Origin: Tubiluchus corallicola
Taxonomy: Eukaryota; Animalia; Priapulida
Assembly: GCA_030141605.1 (NCBI GenBank)
Contig: JAQGDQ010001699.1
Coordinates: 1-28,771 of the forward strand
Reading direction: 5' to 3'
Length of the DNA stretch: 28,771 nt
In this document: positions 27,840 through 28,771 of the stretch, in pieces
Layout: each line of letters opens with the position of its first letter
Position numbering within the stretch: the stretch's first letter is position 1
Notes under the pieces: generated by a model
Told to the model about the DNA's origin: nothing
Databases searched by the model: none
What the model saw: the letters and a program-made list of their open reading frames with translations, nothing else
Made by a program: the position numbers and the translations under genes

Positions 27840-28725
27840 CGTTCAAAATGCCTGTGAAATGTGAATACTTGATATTATTTTTGTTTGAATCTCAAAATGT
27901 TTCTGAAGTGGGGTGTGTAAATGTAAAAAAGTGATCAACAATCTGTCCTGCATCAATTGTGTTTTGATGCAAAGTTTTAATATTCCTGATTTAAATGTGT
28001 TTGCATAGCAAAATCGTCCATAAATCTAGTTATTTTCTAGATATTATTTTTTTAATTGTGTGATTAGTTTCTGTTTAAATTTGTTGGACACGTGCTACTA
28101 AAACTTTAGCTTAGTACTTGCATATGCCTCTTTGAAATGGCATTATCAGGTTTTTATTCATGATATGTGTGCCTGCATAGGCAAAATCGTCCATAAGTCG
28201 GTAATTAATCTTTTCTAGTTAATCACATATCGTGAATCTCCATTTCATGAGGATCATTTTGATACCAAGTTCATCACTCTATGTAATTTCTAAACTGAGA
28301 TAATCCATGTTGAAGTCGAGGTGCAGGCTACCCACTGAAAAACATGGCCTTGAGAATATCACTGTTGAAGTCAGCCATTGTTTTTTTGTCATGTGTCTGC
28401 AAAACACTTAGCAACTATATTAATGTTGGTTGCTAGAGACTTTGCAAGAAAACATTGAAGTTATGTTTATATCCAGTAGATGGCTCTTTCTGACAAAGAT
28501 CTGGTCTTGTCAACAGAAAAAACGCGAAGCAAAATGACTGCTTCCACGAGCTACAATAGGAGTTTGAAAATACAAGTTTTTTTACAGTTACAGTACTAGT
28601 TTTTAGCCAAAAAAGTAGGTGCGGGGTTATAAAATAAGATTTTTAGCATTTTTTAAACAATTTCTTGGTGATTTAATGGTAGGATATAAAAGTCCAATAT
28701 ATTTACAATTTTGTTTTATAAAAAG
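25224..28725 (+). repeat. Right arm of ~3.5-kb inverted repeat
   Basis: Reverse complement of 20439-23931; ends at adapter sequence. Confidence 0.97.
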
Positions 28726-28771
28726 AGCAATACGTAACTGAACGAAGTACACCGGCGGTTACGTATTGCTA
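28726..28771 (-). other. Oxford Nanopore ligation adapter contamination (two back-to-back pieces)
   Basis: 28726-28751 AGCAATACGTAACTGAACGAAGTACA is the reverse complement of adapter (AA)TGTACTTCGTTCAGTTACGTATTGCT; 28758-28770 GTTACGTATTGCT is its 3' end in forward orientation. Confidence 0.95.

Noticed and set aside
28726-28771. Helitron-type or telomere-like terminal hairpin
   Set aside because: Matches the Nanopore ligation adapter.

Overview
AT-rich eukaryotic (invertebrate, probably lophotrochozoan - inference) genomic DNA. (1) 1019-16538 (+): the last 10 coding exons (587 aa + stop, reconstructed by hand, all GT-AG and frame-consistent) of a paladin/PALD1-like phosphatase with two CX5R motifs. 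Its introns carry minisatellites, MITEs, a tRNA-derived SINE, a Tc1 relic and a ~235-bp-arm fold-back in which each arm has a Penelope-type minimal hammerhead motif. Several tandem repeats are amplified copies of the gene's own exon ends and splice sites. (2) 20439-28725: ~3.5-kb near-identical inverted arms around a ~1.3-kb spacer. The spacer holds a promoter-like region and the signal-peptide exon of a 3-exon, 141-aa boudin-like Ly6/uPAR gene (+). The left arm holds an inverted copy of exons 2-3 only. (3) The last 46 bases are Oxford Nanopore adapter sequence, so the window ends in a raw read end and the palindrome may be a fold-back artefact. Most ORFs in the supplied track are spurious (microsatellites, antisense shadows).
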